Below, piece by piece: positions 55,401 to 64,000 of a DNA stretch of 64,000 nt (its first letter is position 1; every line of letters starts with the position of its first letter). The position numbers and the translations under genes are program-made. Source of the DNA: an uncultured Verrucomicrobiae bacterium (GTDB taxonomy: Bacteria > Verrucomicrobiota > Verrucomicrobiia > Chthoniobacterales > Chthoniobacteraceae); NCBI GenBank assembly GCA_963769025.1, contig CAVYKI010000004.1, positions 1 to 64,000 of the forward strand, read 5' to 3'. The notes under the pieces were generated by a model that was not told where the DNA came from, did not search any database, and saw only the letters and a list, made by a program, of their open reading frames with translations.

Positions 55401-56932
55401 GGCTCACGGCTACCGACACCGTGGATGTCACCGTCGATCAGACAGCCACCAGCATCGCCGTCTCGCCGTCCAGTGCGACCGTTCCCTATGGTGGCACGCA
55501 GGCGTTCGGTGCCAGTGTGCTCGATCAGTTCACCGATCCGCTGGCTGTGCAGCCGGGCGTCACGTGGAGTACCAGCGGTGGAGGGAGCATCAGCGCGGGA
55601 GGGGTCTTCACGGCGGGAACAGTCGGCGGCCCCTACACCATCACCGCCACGAGCGGCAGCATCAGCGGCACCGCCAGCGCCACCGTTACCAAAGCCGGGG
55701 CGGCCGTGACGCTCGGGAATCTCGCGCAGGCCTACACGGGGACGGCGAGGACCGCGACGGCCACGACCACGCCCGGCGGTCTTGCGGTGAACATCACGTA
55801 TGACGGCTCCGCGACCGCGCCGGTGAATGCCGGCAGCTACGCAGTGGTCGCGACGGTGAACGATGCGAACTACAGCGGCAGCGCGAGCGGGACGCTGGTC
55901 GTTTCGAAAGCGGCTGCCAGCGTGACGCTCGGCAGTCTCGCGCAGACCTACACGGGGACGGTGAGGGCGGCGACTGCGACGACCACGCCGAGCGGCCTTG
56001 CGGTGAACATCACCTACGACGGCTCCGCGACGGCACCGGTGAATGCCGGCAGCTACGCGGTGGTCGCGACGGTGAACGATGCGAACTACAGCGGCAGCGC
56101 GAGCGGGACGCTCGTAGTCTCGGAAGCCATCGCGACTGTGACGCTCAACGATCTGGCGCAGACCTACACGGGAACAGCGAGAACGGCGACGGCGACGACC
56201 ACACCGGGCGGTCTTGCGGTGAACATCACCTACGACGGCTCCGCGACAGCGCCGGTGAATGCGGGGAGCTACGCCGTGGTCGCGACGGTGAACGATGCGA
56301 ACTACAATGGCAGTGCGAGCGGGACACTGGTGGTGTCGAAAGCCACGGCGACGGTGACGCTCGGCAGCCTCACCCAGACGTATTCCGGCACAGCGAGGGC
56401 GGCGACGGCGACGACGTCGCCCGGTGGGCTGGGCGTGAGCTTCACTTACAACGGATCAGCGACGGTACCGGTGAACCACGGGAGCTATGCAGTTGCTGCG
56501 ACCGTGAACGACGCGAACTACACCGGCTTTGCCAGCGGGACTCTGAACATCACCGGCCAGCCGCTGGCGGACTGGAGCGCCCTGCACTTTACTCCTGGGG
56601 AAATCGCGGCGGGCCTCGCCGACGACATCGCCGATCCCGATGACGACCGGCTCAGCAATCTCGCGGAGTACACGCTCGGGACCGATCCGCGCGTGCCCAA
56701 CCCGCATCCCGGCTTCACGCTGGATGGCGACGGCCTCACGCTGACATTCACGCGGCCGAAAGCGTTGCCCGACGTCGGCTATTTCGCCGAGTGCGCCTCC
56801 GACTTTGGAACGTGGGATCCGCTCTCGCTCGAACTCCTCGCCGATGGTCCCGTGCAAACCCTCCGCGCGCGCGACCCGCTGACCTCCGGCGATCCCGCGA
56901 GCCGCTACATCCGGCTACGCTTCGAGCGATAG
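52427..56932 (+). CDS. Large S8 (subtilisin-like) serine peptidase with Ig/PKD-like and MBG-like repeats
   Basis: Triad motifs VGVWDGG, DHATHVTGT, SGTSMATP; SAGND; DGRIKPDLVANG; true start may be slightly downstream. Confidence 0.92.
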   Translation: MASNGACGRGRSRDIPDRLTPLRTILFRLGILLGLVRGAVAQETLADWLNAPDARLADPVHRAQVVEKARAFSGQRKAAAHAKAAQLGLPLRRVLPNGRVSELMDFKGERPLYFITHNVSAAISSGANLLQAAPYSMNGAGLTVGVWDGGGACSTHQEFGTRVTILDGGALVDHATHVTGTIAAAGTVASAKGMAPAARVDSYEWTSDKSEMTARGASYPGEAGKIYLSNHSYGFISGWNYTGLSSPRWNWYGSGTTVASIEPDFGKYDTNARDTDSLAAGLPYYLIFRSAGNDRQDNPVAGEGVSLTTGTTSAVAYDPAAHPAGDGVYRSGYDTIGYDAVAKNVVTVGSVGDAVSGGLRQVANAYMSSYSCWGPTDDGRIKPDLVANGESLYSAFSGANNAYGTYSGTSMATPSVTGSAALLVNWWNQLFPGHVMRASTLKALLIHTADDRGTPGPDYQFGWGLMNVKGAADLAQAYKNSPGTRRIIEDQITTTATARSYSFTWDGSSPIRATLCWTDPAGSATTTSDLRTARLVNNLDLKINGPTGTLHQPYVMPFVGTWTTANFSAAATTGVNNTDNVEQVHVSAPPTAGVYTAVVTYSGALTNSAQNFSLILSGGVASATAPAPTASAISPIVGTTGTMVLTLTGAGFMPGANVKLTKSGQVDVPATGQEIIGNSAKVRVNVNGMAAGLWNVVVTNPDGLGVTLPNAFTIVGPIWQEDFESGAAGWTHSASPTYTIDNWALSTAKSHSATQSYFASGPASKNIEDLYSPVFAIPAGSSNLRLTFYHDYDLQSTRDGGVMEFSINGGTWFDVISPSSGAAFSTGGYNATLANTNPSSSRNPLAGRPAWTGVKTGFSQVALDLTDAAKYAGKNLQVRWRLATNASTASNGWYIDDIALAGATSSNLSPSIVTSAAATPSPVPGTSTVLTVEASDDGGEPGLTYTWSATGGTFQRPVTFSENGTNAAKTTTATFAIAGDYTCTVTVRDAAGLTATDTVDVTVDQTATSIAVSPSSATVPYGGTQAFGASVLDQFTDPLAVQPGVTWSTSGGGSISAGGVFTAGTVGGPYTITATSGSISGTASATVTKAGAAVTLGNLAQAYTGTARTATATTTPGGLAVNITYDGSATAPVNAGSYAVVATVNDANYSGSASGTLVVSKAAASVTLGSLAQTYTGTVRAATATTTPSGLAVNITYDGSATAPVNAGSYAVVATVNDANYSGSASGTLVVSEAIATVTLNDLAQTYTGTARTATATTTPGGLAVNITYDGSATAPVNAGSYAVVATVNDANYNGSASGTLVVSKATATVTLGSLTQTYSGTARAATATTSPGGLGVSFTYNGSATVPVNHGSYAVAATVNDANYTGFASGTLNITGQPLADWSALHFTPGEIAAGLADDIADPDDDRLSNLAEYTLGTDPRVPNPHPGFTLDGDGLTLTFTRPKALPDVGYFAECASDFGTWDPLSLELLADGPVQTLRARDPLTSGDPASRYIRLRFER
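55691..56554 (+). repeat. Four tandem 216-bp (72-aa) MBG-like domain repeats inside the S8 gene
   Basis: Units start at 55691, 55907, 56123 and 56339; consensus KA.A.VTLG.LAQTYTGT.R.ATATTTP.GLAVNITYDGSATAPVNAGSYAVVATVNDANY.GSASGTLVVS. Confidence 0.92.
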
Positions 56933-57004
56933 CACCGCACCGCGACGGAAACGGCTCTTGACCCTTTCCGTTTTCTCCGGCGAATGGCGGCTCGCATTTC
57001 CCCC

Positions 57005-58034
57005 ATGAAAGCACTCGTCAAAGCCAAGTCTGAACCCGGTCTCTGGCTGCAGGATGTCCCGGAGCCGACGATCGGAATCAACGACGTGCTCATCCGCGTC
57101 CACAAGACGGGCATCTGCGGGACGGACCTGCACATTTACAAATGGGACGCGTGGGCGCAGAAGACGATCCCGGTGCCGATGGTCGTGGGGCATGAGTTCG
57201 TCGGCGAGGTCGTGGAGGTCGGATCGAACGTGAACGATTTCCACAAGGGCGACATCGTCAGCGCCGAAGGGCATGTGGTGTGCGGGCGCTGCCGGAACTG
57301 CCTCGCGGGCCGGCGGCATCTCTGCGCGGACACGAAGGGCATCGGCGTGAACCGCACGGGCGCGTTTGCGGAATACATCAGCGTGCCGATGACGAATGTG
57401 TGGCATCACCAGCCCGGCGTGGATCCGGAGGTCGCGGCGATTTTCGATCCGTTCGGCAATGCGGTGCACACGGCGCTGAGCTTCGACCTGCTCGGCGAGG
57501 ACGTGCTGATCACCGGCGCGGGGCCGATCGGCTGCATGGCGGCGGCGGTGGTGAAGCACGCGGGCGCGCGCTTTGTCGTGGTGACGGATGTGAACGACCA
57601 CCGGCTCGGCCTCGCGAAACGCATGGGCGCCGACGTGACGGTGAACGTGACGCGGGAGAAAATCGACGACGTGCAGCAGCGGCTCGGCATGCACGAGGGA
57701 TTCGACGTCGGGCTGGAGATGTCGCGGCGATCCGTCGGCGTTCCGCGACATGATCGGCCACATGGCGCACGGCGGAAAAATCGCGATGCTCGGCATTCCC
57801 ACCGAGGAGATCGCGATCGATTGGAACAAGGTGGTTTTCAACATGCTCACGATCAAAGGCATCTACGGCCGCGAGATGTATGAGACGTGGTACAAGATGA
57901 CGGTGATGGTGCAGGGCGGCCTGGACATCACGCCGATCATCACCCACCGGTTTCATTTCACCGAGTTCGAGAAGGGCTTCGAAGTCATGAAGTCCGGCAT
58001 GAGCGGCAAGGTGCTGCTCGACTGGAAGTCGTGA
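57005..58034 (+). CDS. tdh: L-threonine 3-dehydrogenase (frameshift near 57725)
   Basis: [65 protein letters not shown]. Confidence 0.96.
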
Positions 58035-58085
58035 GCGGCAGTTGCGCCGGTAATTTCGCCCATCCGTCGGCAGCGTAATTTTTGG

Positions 58086-58176
58086 AACCCCGGCGGTCTC
58101 GGCGGATTCAAGGTGCGGTGCATGGATTTCGCCGCGCCCGCCGCGCCCGCCGCGGTTCAATCCTCCGCCCTTTTTA
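58086..58176 (+). terminator. Possible GC-rich stem-loop / 9-mer repeat after tdh
   Basis: AACCCCGGCGG (58086) is partly complementary to (CGCCGCGCC)2-CGCCGCGGTT (58130-58157); a T-run follows at 58171. Confidence 0.3.
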
Positions 58177-58244
58177 AAATGGCGCATCCGTGCGTGCGTC
58201 CCGGCTCTTGACAGCGCCAGCCTGTCCGCAGAGCGTTCCGGCAG

Positions 58245-58400
58245 TTCTTTGTCAGTGCTCAATGGCTCCGCGGGTGCGGAGCCAGCGGGGGACCCACTTC
58301 GTTTGCCACAGGGCGAACTCGGGGCGCACGGCGCTACACGCCGGGAGGACTTCATGCCTCCAGCCCGACAGCTAACCTCGTCAGCAGCCATGGAGAGGCA
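58245..58400 (+). ncRNA. ydaO/yuaA-type cyclic di-AMP riboswitch
   Basis: TGCTCAA, perfect hairpin TGGCTCCGC-GGGT-GCGGAGCCA, GCGGGGGACCCA, GGGGCG, and CCCGACAGCTAACCTCGTCAGCA in the order of the ydaO consensus; TTGACA at 58208-58213 upstream; precedes a KimA-like transporter. Confidence 0.88.
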
Positions 58401-58472
58401 AACGGACGGATCCTCATGCGTTTGGATAACTCTCGTGTTCCCGACCTCCCGGAACGCCCACGCATCCAAAAC

Positions 58473-60275
58473 ATGACCACCTCCGCATCCAACCGTCCGC
58501 GCAACGTGGACGCGCCCCGCGCCGCCGCGATCCTCTACGGCGACTGGGGCACCAGCAAAGCATACGTCATCGGCCTCGCCTTCGCGGTCGCGGGCTACAG
58601 CTCGTTCTGGCTCATCGCCGCCATGTGCGTGCTCACGACGATCGTGGGCATCAACTACCTGGTGATCTGCCGCCACTACCCGGACGGCGGTGGCGTGTAC
58701 GCCAGCGTCCGGGGCCGTTCGGAAGTGGTCGCGATCGTCGGTGCCTTCCTGCTCATCGCGGACTACGTGGTGACGGCCGCCATCAGCGCCCTCTCGGCAT
58801 TCCAGTACCTCCACGTCCCGCACCCCGAATATTTCGCGGCGGGCGCCATCACGATCATTGGTGCGCTGAACTACTTCGGCCCGCGTCACACCGGCGGCCT
58901 GGCGTTCCTGATCTCGGTGCCGACGGTGATCGTCGTGGTCACGCTCGGGGCGTTCGCGATTCCCCACCTCGGCGACGCAATCCACAACCTCCAGCCGCTC
59001 ACGGGCGGCTTTGGGCACAACTGGAACGCGTTCGTCGGCATCGTCCTCGCGCTCTCAGGCGTCGAGGCGATCGCAAATGCGACGGGCGTGATGAAATTGA
59101 ATCCCGGCAGCGAGGGCCGGCCATCCGTCTCGAAGACGAGCACTCCCGCGCTGGTATGGGTGATGGTCGAGGTCTGCTTTTTCACCGCACTGCTCGGCCT
59201 GGCGATGCACGCCCTGCCGGGCCTCGTCTCGCAGAACAATGAAGTGGATGCGCCGGGCGCGGAAAATGTGCGCGACTACATGCTGCACTACATGGGCCAG
59301 AATTTCATCGGCCATGCGCTCGGGGCCACCGCGGGAGTCATCGCCGGCTGGACGGTTAGCATTGTCTTCGGCCTGCTGCTGCTTTCCGCGGTGAACACCG
59401 CCATCGGCGCGCTCGTGTCGCTCACCTTCCTCATGTCGCGCGACGGTGAGCTGCCGCCGCAGTTTCAGCGGCTGAACAAATTCGGCGTACCGACGCTGGG
59501 GCTGATTCTCGTCACCGCGATCCCGCTCGGACTCGTCATCGCCGTGAGCGACATCTCGGGGCTCGCGGACCTCTATGCCGTCGGTGTCGTCGGGGCGATC
59601 GCCGCAAATCTCGGTGCGAGCTCGACGGACAAAAAGCTGCACCTGAAAAAATGGGAGCGGGTGATGATGTTCGCGACGTTCCTCGTGATGCTGGCCATCG
59701 AGATCACGCTGTTCGTCCACAAACCGAATGCGCGCGTTTTTGTCGTAACCATGCTCACGGTCGGACTCATCATGCGGGGCCTCGCCGTGGAGGCTGCCAC
59801 GCGGCGCAAACAGCGCGCGGAAGCCGCATCGGGTGCCGTCCCCGCACCCATCGTGCCCGCAGGCGAGCTGTCCGGCACTCCCATTCTCTGCGCCGTGCGC
59901 GGCATTGGACGCACGCTCGATTTCGCAGTCGAGGATGCAAAAAGCCTCTCCCGTCCGCTCTATCTCCTCTTCATCCGCGAACAACCCGTGGTGACCACGG
60001 AGGATCGCCGCCGGAAATGGCAGGATGACCCAGAGGCGCGTGAGATTTTCGAATACGCCTTTGCCAAGGCCGGCGGCCATCCGGTGCTCCCGTGCTATGC
60101 GGTGAGCGACGCGACGGATGCGACCATCGTGGACATCGCGGCGACCATCGGCGCGAACCGTCTCATCCTAGGCGCACCTCGCCGCGGTGCGCTCGTGCGC
60201 CTGTTGCGAGGCAACCTCATCCGGCACGTCTCGGAGGAACTCCCCGAGGACATCGGCATCGTCGTGTACGTGTGA
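58473..60275 (+). CDS. APC-superfamily KUP/KimA-like potassium transporter with C-terminal USP-like domain
   Basis: About 12 TMs; YGDWGTSKAY (cf. KUP YGDIGTSPLY), YPDGGGVY, ADYVVTAAIS, LSGVEAIAN; C-terminus LILGAPRRG..LLRGNLI is USP-like. Confidence 0.82.
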   Translation: MTTSASNRPRNVDAPRAAAILYGDWGTSKAYVIGLAFAVAGYSSFWLIAAMCVLTTIVGINYLVICRHYPDGGGVYASVRGRSEVVAIVGAFLLIADYVVTAAISALSAFQYLHVPHPEYFAAGAITIIGALNYFGPRHTGGLAFLISVPTVIVVVTLGAFAIPHLGDAIHNLQPLTGGFGHNWNAFVGIVLALSGVEAIANATGVMKLNPGSEGRPSVSKTSTPALVWVMVEVCFFTALLGLAMHALPGLVSQNNEVDAPGAENVRDYMLHYMGQNFIGHALGATAGVIAGWTVSIVFGLLLLSAVNTAIGALVSLTFLMSRDGELPPQFQRLNKFGVPTLGLILVTAIPLGLVIAVSDISGLADLYAVGVVGAIAANLGASSTDKKLHLKKWERVMMFATFLVMLAIEITLFVHKPNARVFVVTMLTVGLIMRGLAVEAATRRKQRAEAASGAVPAPIVPAGELSGTPILCAVRGIGRTLDFAVEDAKSLSRPLYLLFIREQPVVTTEDRRRKWQDDPEAREIFEYAFAKAGGHPVLPCYAVSDATDATIVDIAATIGANRLILGAPRRGALVRLLRGNLIRHVSEELPEDIGIVVYV

Positions 60276-60335
60276 CGCGGCGCGGCGCGGAGTCGCCTAT
60301 TGAATGCGCGGTGCCGTCAGTGCAGCCTCTGCACC

Positions 60336-61527
60336 ATGCTTGGCCGGTTCAAAGATCACCTTACGCAGCAACTCGACGCTATCCGTGACGCCGGGACTTG
60401 GAAGGGCGAGCGTTTCATCGCCACGCCGCAGGGCGTGCGCATCCAGCTCGCCGACGGGCGCGAGGTGCTGAACCTTTGCGCCAACAATTACCTCGGCCTC
60501 GCGCAGCATCCCGAGGTCCGTCGCGGCGGCGCACGCGGCGCTCGACCGCTGGGGCTACGGGCTTGCGAGCGTGCGCTTCATCTGCGGCACGCAGGGAGTC
60601 CACAAGCAGCTCGAAGCAGAAGCTCAGCGAGTTTCTCGGCACCGAGGACACGATCCTCTACGGCTCGTGCTTCGATGCGAATGGCGGCCTCTTCGAGACG
60701 CTGCTCGGCGCGGAGGACGCGATCATTTCCGACGAGCTGAACCACGCCTCGATCATCGACGGCATCCGTCTCTGCAAGGCGCAGCGGCATCGCTACAAGA
60801 ACAACGACATGGCCGACCTGGAGGAAAAGCTGAAGGCCGCGAGCTGGCGCGCGTTTCCGGCTCATCGCGACGGATGGCGTCTTCTCGATGGACGGCTTCA
60901 TCGCGAACCTCGCCGGCGTCTGCGATCTCGCGGAAAAATACGACGCGCTCGTGATGGTCGACGATTCGCACGCCGTCGGCTTCATGGGCCGCACGGGCCG
61001 CGGCACGCACGAGCACTGCGGCGTGATGGCGCGCGTGGACATCCTCACCGGCACGCTCGGCAAGGCGCTCGGCGGCGCGAGCGGCGGCTACACGAGCGGG
61101 CGCAAGGAGATCGTCGAACTGCTCCGCCAGCGCTCGCCGCCCGTATCTTTTCAGCAACACGCTCTGCCCCGAGCATCGCCGGCGCATCGCTGAAAGTGCT
61201 GGAGATGCTCGGCGGCTCCACCGCGCTGCGCGACAGACTCGCCGAGAACACGCGCTTTTTCCGCGAAGCGATGACGCGCGCCGGTTTCCAGCATCCTGCC
61301 CGGCGAGCACCCCATCGTGCCCGATCATGCTCGGCGACGCCGCGCTCGCCACGAAGTTCGCCGACGCGATGCTCGCGCAGGGCGTGTATGTCGTCGGCTT
61401 CAGCTATCCCGTCGTGCCGCAGGGCCAGGCGCGCATCCGCACGCAAATCTCCGCGGCGCACAGCCGGGAGGATTTGGAGTTTGCGGTCGGTGCATTTTCC
61501 GCGGTGAAGAAGGAACTCGGCCTCTGA
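60336..61527 (+). CDS. kbl: Glycine C-acetyltransferase (2-amino-3-ketobutyrate CoA ligase), multiple indels
   Basis: [69 protein letters not shown]. Confidence 0.95.
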
Positions 61528-61610
61528 GGCGGAACGGCGAAGAATGGGCTCCGCGCCGCGAGGGATGAAATCCATTGCGCTCTCTCCAAGGCGGTCCCTA
61601 TCCTCCCGCA

Positions 61611-62643
61611 ATGCTGCAGACCAGTGATGTCGCGCTCGCTGAGCCAAAAAATGACGGGCGGCGTGAGCGCTACTTGAGCGCTTTCCGTTGGATGCTTCTC
61701 GCCCGGATTTCCGAGGAGAAACTGGCGAGTCTCTATCGTGGCGGGAAAATCATCGGCGGCGTCTTTCTCGGCAAGGGGCAGGAAGCGCTCAGCGCTGCGC
61801 TCGGCCGTCGCGCTTCGCAAGGGCGACATCTTCGCGCCGCTCATCCGCGATCAGGCCGGACGCTCGCCTTTGGCGAAAGCCTGCTCGACTGCACCGCGCA
61901 CCTACATGGGCTCGCGGCTCGGGCCGATGCGCGGCCGCGATGGCAACGTCCATCGCGGCCGACCGCGCGAAGGCTACTCGCGATGATCAGCCACCTCGGC
62001 GCGATGATCTCGACCGTCGCCGGGGCGTTGATGGCGCGGCGGTTTCAAGGCGCGACCGACGTCGTCGGCGCGACCTGCATCGGCGACGGCGGCACCTCGA
62101 CCGGCGCTTTCACGAGGGGCTGAATCTGGCGGCGGTGGAAAAGCTCCCGCTGGTCGTCGTCGTCGCGAACAATCAATACGCCTACTCCACGCCGACCTCG
62201 CGGCAGTTCGCCTGCGCCGATCTCGTCGATCAAGCGCCATCGGCTACGGCGTGCGCGGTCACAACGTCGACGGCACCGACCTCGGACGCCTGCTTCAATG
62301 TGGTCGGCGAAGCCGTCGCCCGCGCGCGCGCCGGGGACGGGCCGCAGCTCGTCGTCGCGGCTCTGCTGCGGCTCGTCGGCCACGGCGAACACGACGACGC
62401 GCATTACGTCGAATCCCGCGTTGAAGGTCTCGCCTCGGCCGCGACTGCCTCGAGGTCGCCCGCGGGCAGATCACCGCCGAGGGGCTGGATGACAGCCGCG
62501 GAACTCGACGCACTCGCGCGAGAAGCTTTACGGGGAGGTCGAGGCGGCATACGCCATCGCCCTGCGCGAACCGCGCCCCGGACCCGAGCCATGAGGACTG
62601 GTGCGCGCTCTCGACGAAGTCACTCTCCGAGGGGCACGAATGA
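61611..62643 (+). CDS. 2-oxoacid dehydrogenase E1 alpha subunit (TPP-dependent), multiple indels
   Basis: GKGQEA, CIGDGGTSTGAFHEGLN...NNQYAYST TPP motif, RLVGHGEHDD. Confidence 0.88.
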
Positions 62644-62677
62644 CCGTGGTCCGCGCCTCAGATTTTTCATCACGCTG

Positions 62678-63648
62678 ATGTCCATCACCTACCTCGAAGC
62701 GATCCGCGAAGCCCAGGCAAAGCGCCTCGCCGACGATCCGCGCGTCTTCATCTACGGCCAGGACGTCGGCGAATTTCGGCGGCGCATTCAAGGCCACGAA
62801 AGATCTCGCGCAGGAATTTCCCGGCCGCGTCCTCGATTCGCCGATCAGCGAGGACGCGCATGATCGGCTCGGCCATCGGCGCGGCGATCGAGGGAATGCG
62901 CCCGATCATCGAGATGCAGTTCGCCGACTTCTCGACCGTCGGCTTCAACCAGATCGTCAACCACGCCGCGACGCTGCACTGGCGCACGCATGTCCCGTGC
63001 CCCATCACCGTGCGCCTGCCGAGCGGCGGCACCGCGGGCGGCGGGCCATTTCACAGCCAGAGCATGGAGGCGCTCTACGCGCACTATCCCGGGCTCATCG
63101 TGCATGACTCCCGCGACCGTCGAGGACGCCTACTCCATGCTGCTCGAGGCCGTCGCCATCGATGACCCGGTCATCTTCTGCGAGCACAAGTATCTCTACT
63201 ACCACCTCAAGGCCGACGCGCTGCCGACCGAGGCGCTGCCGACGGCAAGGCGCGCATCGCCCGCCCCGGGCGCGACGCCACGATCGTCGACCTACAGCGC
63301 GATGGTCCACGAGGCGCTCGCCTGCGCCGAGGAGCTCGCCGACCGAGGGCTGGGAAATCGAAGTCATCGATCTGCGCATCGATCAAGCCGCTCGACACCG
63401 ACACCGTGCTCGCCAGCGTCGCGCGCACCGGCCGCCTGCTCGCGGTCGGCGAGGCGTTCCCGTGGGGCGGCGTCACCGCCGAGGTCGTCGCCCGCGTCGC
63501 CACCGAGGGCTTTGGCCTGCTCGATGCGCCGCCGATGCGGCTCAATGCGAAGGACACGCCGGTCCCATATCACCCGAATCTCTGGGGCACGCACCGCCCC
63601 ACCGCGCGCACCATCATCGCCGCGATGCGCCAACTGCTCCACGCCTGA
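62678..63648 (+). CDS. 2-oxoacid dehydrogenase E1 beta subunit, multiple indels
   Basis: TYLEAIREA, GQDVG, DSPISE, GMRPIIEMQFADF, GGPFHSQS, DLR, DTPVPY. Confidence 0.9.
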
Positions 63649-63662
63649 CCCACTTTTCATCC

Positions 63663-64000
63663 ATGCCCCGCATTCCCATCATCATGCCGCAGCTCGGCGA
63701 ATCGATCGCCGAGGCCACCATCGTCCGGCTTCCGTTCACCGTCGGCGACGACGTCGAAGCGGACCAGGACATCATCGAGGTCGAGACGAACAAGGCGACG
63801 ATGGGCGTGACCACGCCGTGCGCGGGCAAGCATCGCGGAATTGCTCGGTGGAGCTGCGAGCAGAGCTATCCCGTCGGCACGACGCTCGGCTACCTCGAGG
63901 TCACCGAGGAGGACGCGACGCGGCGTCGGCGTCGATGCGCCGCCGCGCTCGAAACCGGCCCGGCGAAAATCGATGGCGTCGCCCGAGCCCGACCTCGCAG
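63663..64000 (+). CDS. Dihydrolipoamide acyltransferase E2, lipoyl domain (partial)
   Basis: IIMPQLGESIAEATI...EVETNKAT lipoyl-lysine motif; follows E1 alpha/beta. Confidence 0.85.
   Translation, partial: MPRIPIIMPQLGESIAEATIVRLPFTVGDDVEADQDIIEVETNKATMGVTTPCAGKHRGIARWSCEQSYPVGTTLGYLEVTEEDATRRRRRCAAALETGPAKIDGVARARPR

Noticed and set aside
55691..56554. Regular repeats as a CRISPR array
   Set aside because: In-frame 216-bp coding repeats with no spacers and no cas genes; no CRISPR array was seen anywhere in the window.

Overview
High-GC bacterial chromosomal window, most consistent with Verrucomicrobiota (Chthoniobacterales/Spartobacteria-like). This is inferred from PEP-CTERM autotransporter-repeat proteins, a PVC-type CxxCH dehydrogenase-domain protein and a verrucomicrobial-style surface protease C-terminus. 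Many genes, including essential leuS, are broken by single-base indels clustered at about 20.3-23.4, 27.7-32.2, 35.6-52 and 57.7-64 kb; I read these as long-read consensus errors, not pseudogenes. Content in order: a PEP-CTERM/TPR operon divergent from an OM beta-barrel/short OPX/Wzc module, acylphosphatase plus a degenerate GalT-like protein, a BrnT/BrnA pair, glyoxalase, FG-GAP and DUF4159 proteins, xylB, a low-GC MtlR/HEPN gene, ubiX, MscS-cNMP, tilS, leuS, rdgB, a second barrel/Wzc/OPX module, pgsA, GH57, cupin, DUF5722, tRNA-Arg(CCG), ald, a U32 protein, DUF167, recG, HtrA, alpha-2-macroglobulin, cytochrome c proteins, an S8 protease with MBG-like repeats, tdh, a c-di-AMP riboswitch with a KUP/KimA-type transporter, kbl and a 2-oxoacid dehydrogenase operon. 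Best leads: (1) four sigma54-type promoters in the first 10.2 kb, three driving the PEP-CTERM and export genes and one pointing at an unannotated ~125-nt structured RNA candidate; (2) two barrel/OPX/Wzc export modules with no polysaccharide synthesis genes beside them; (3) the ydaO-type riboswitch and K+ transporter inserted between tdh and kbl; (4) a probable GalT pseudoenzyme. All calls come from reading the sequence by eye; no searches were run.
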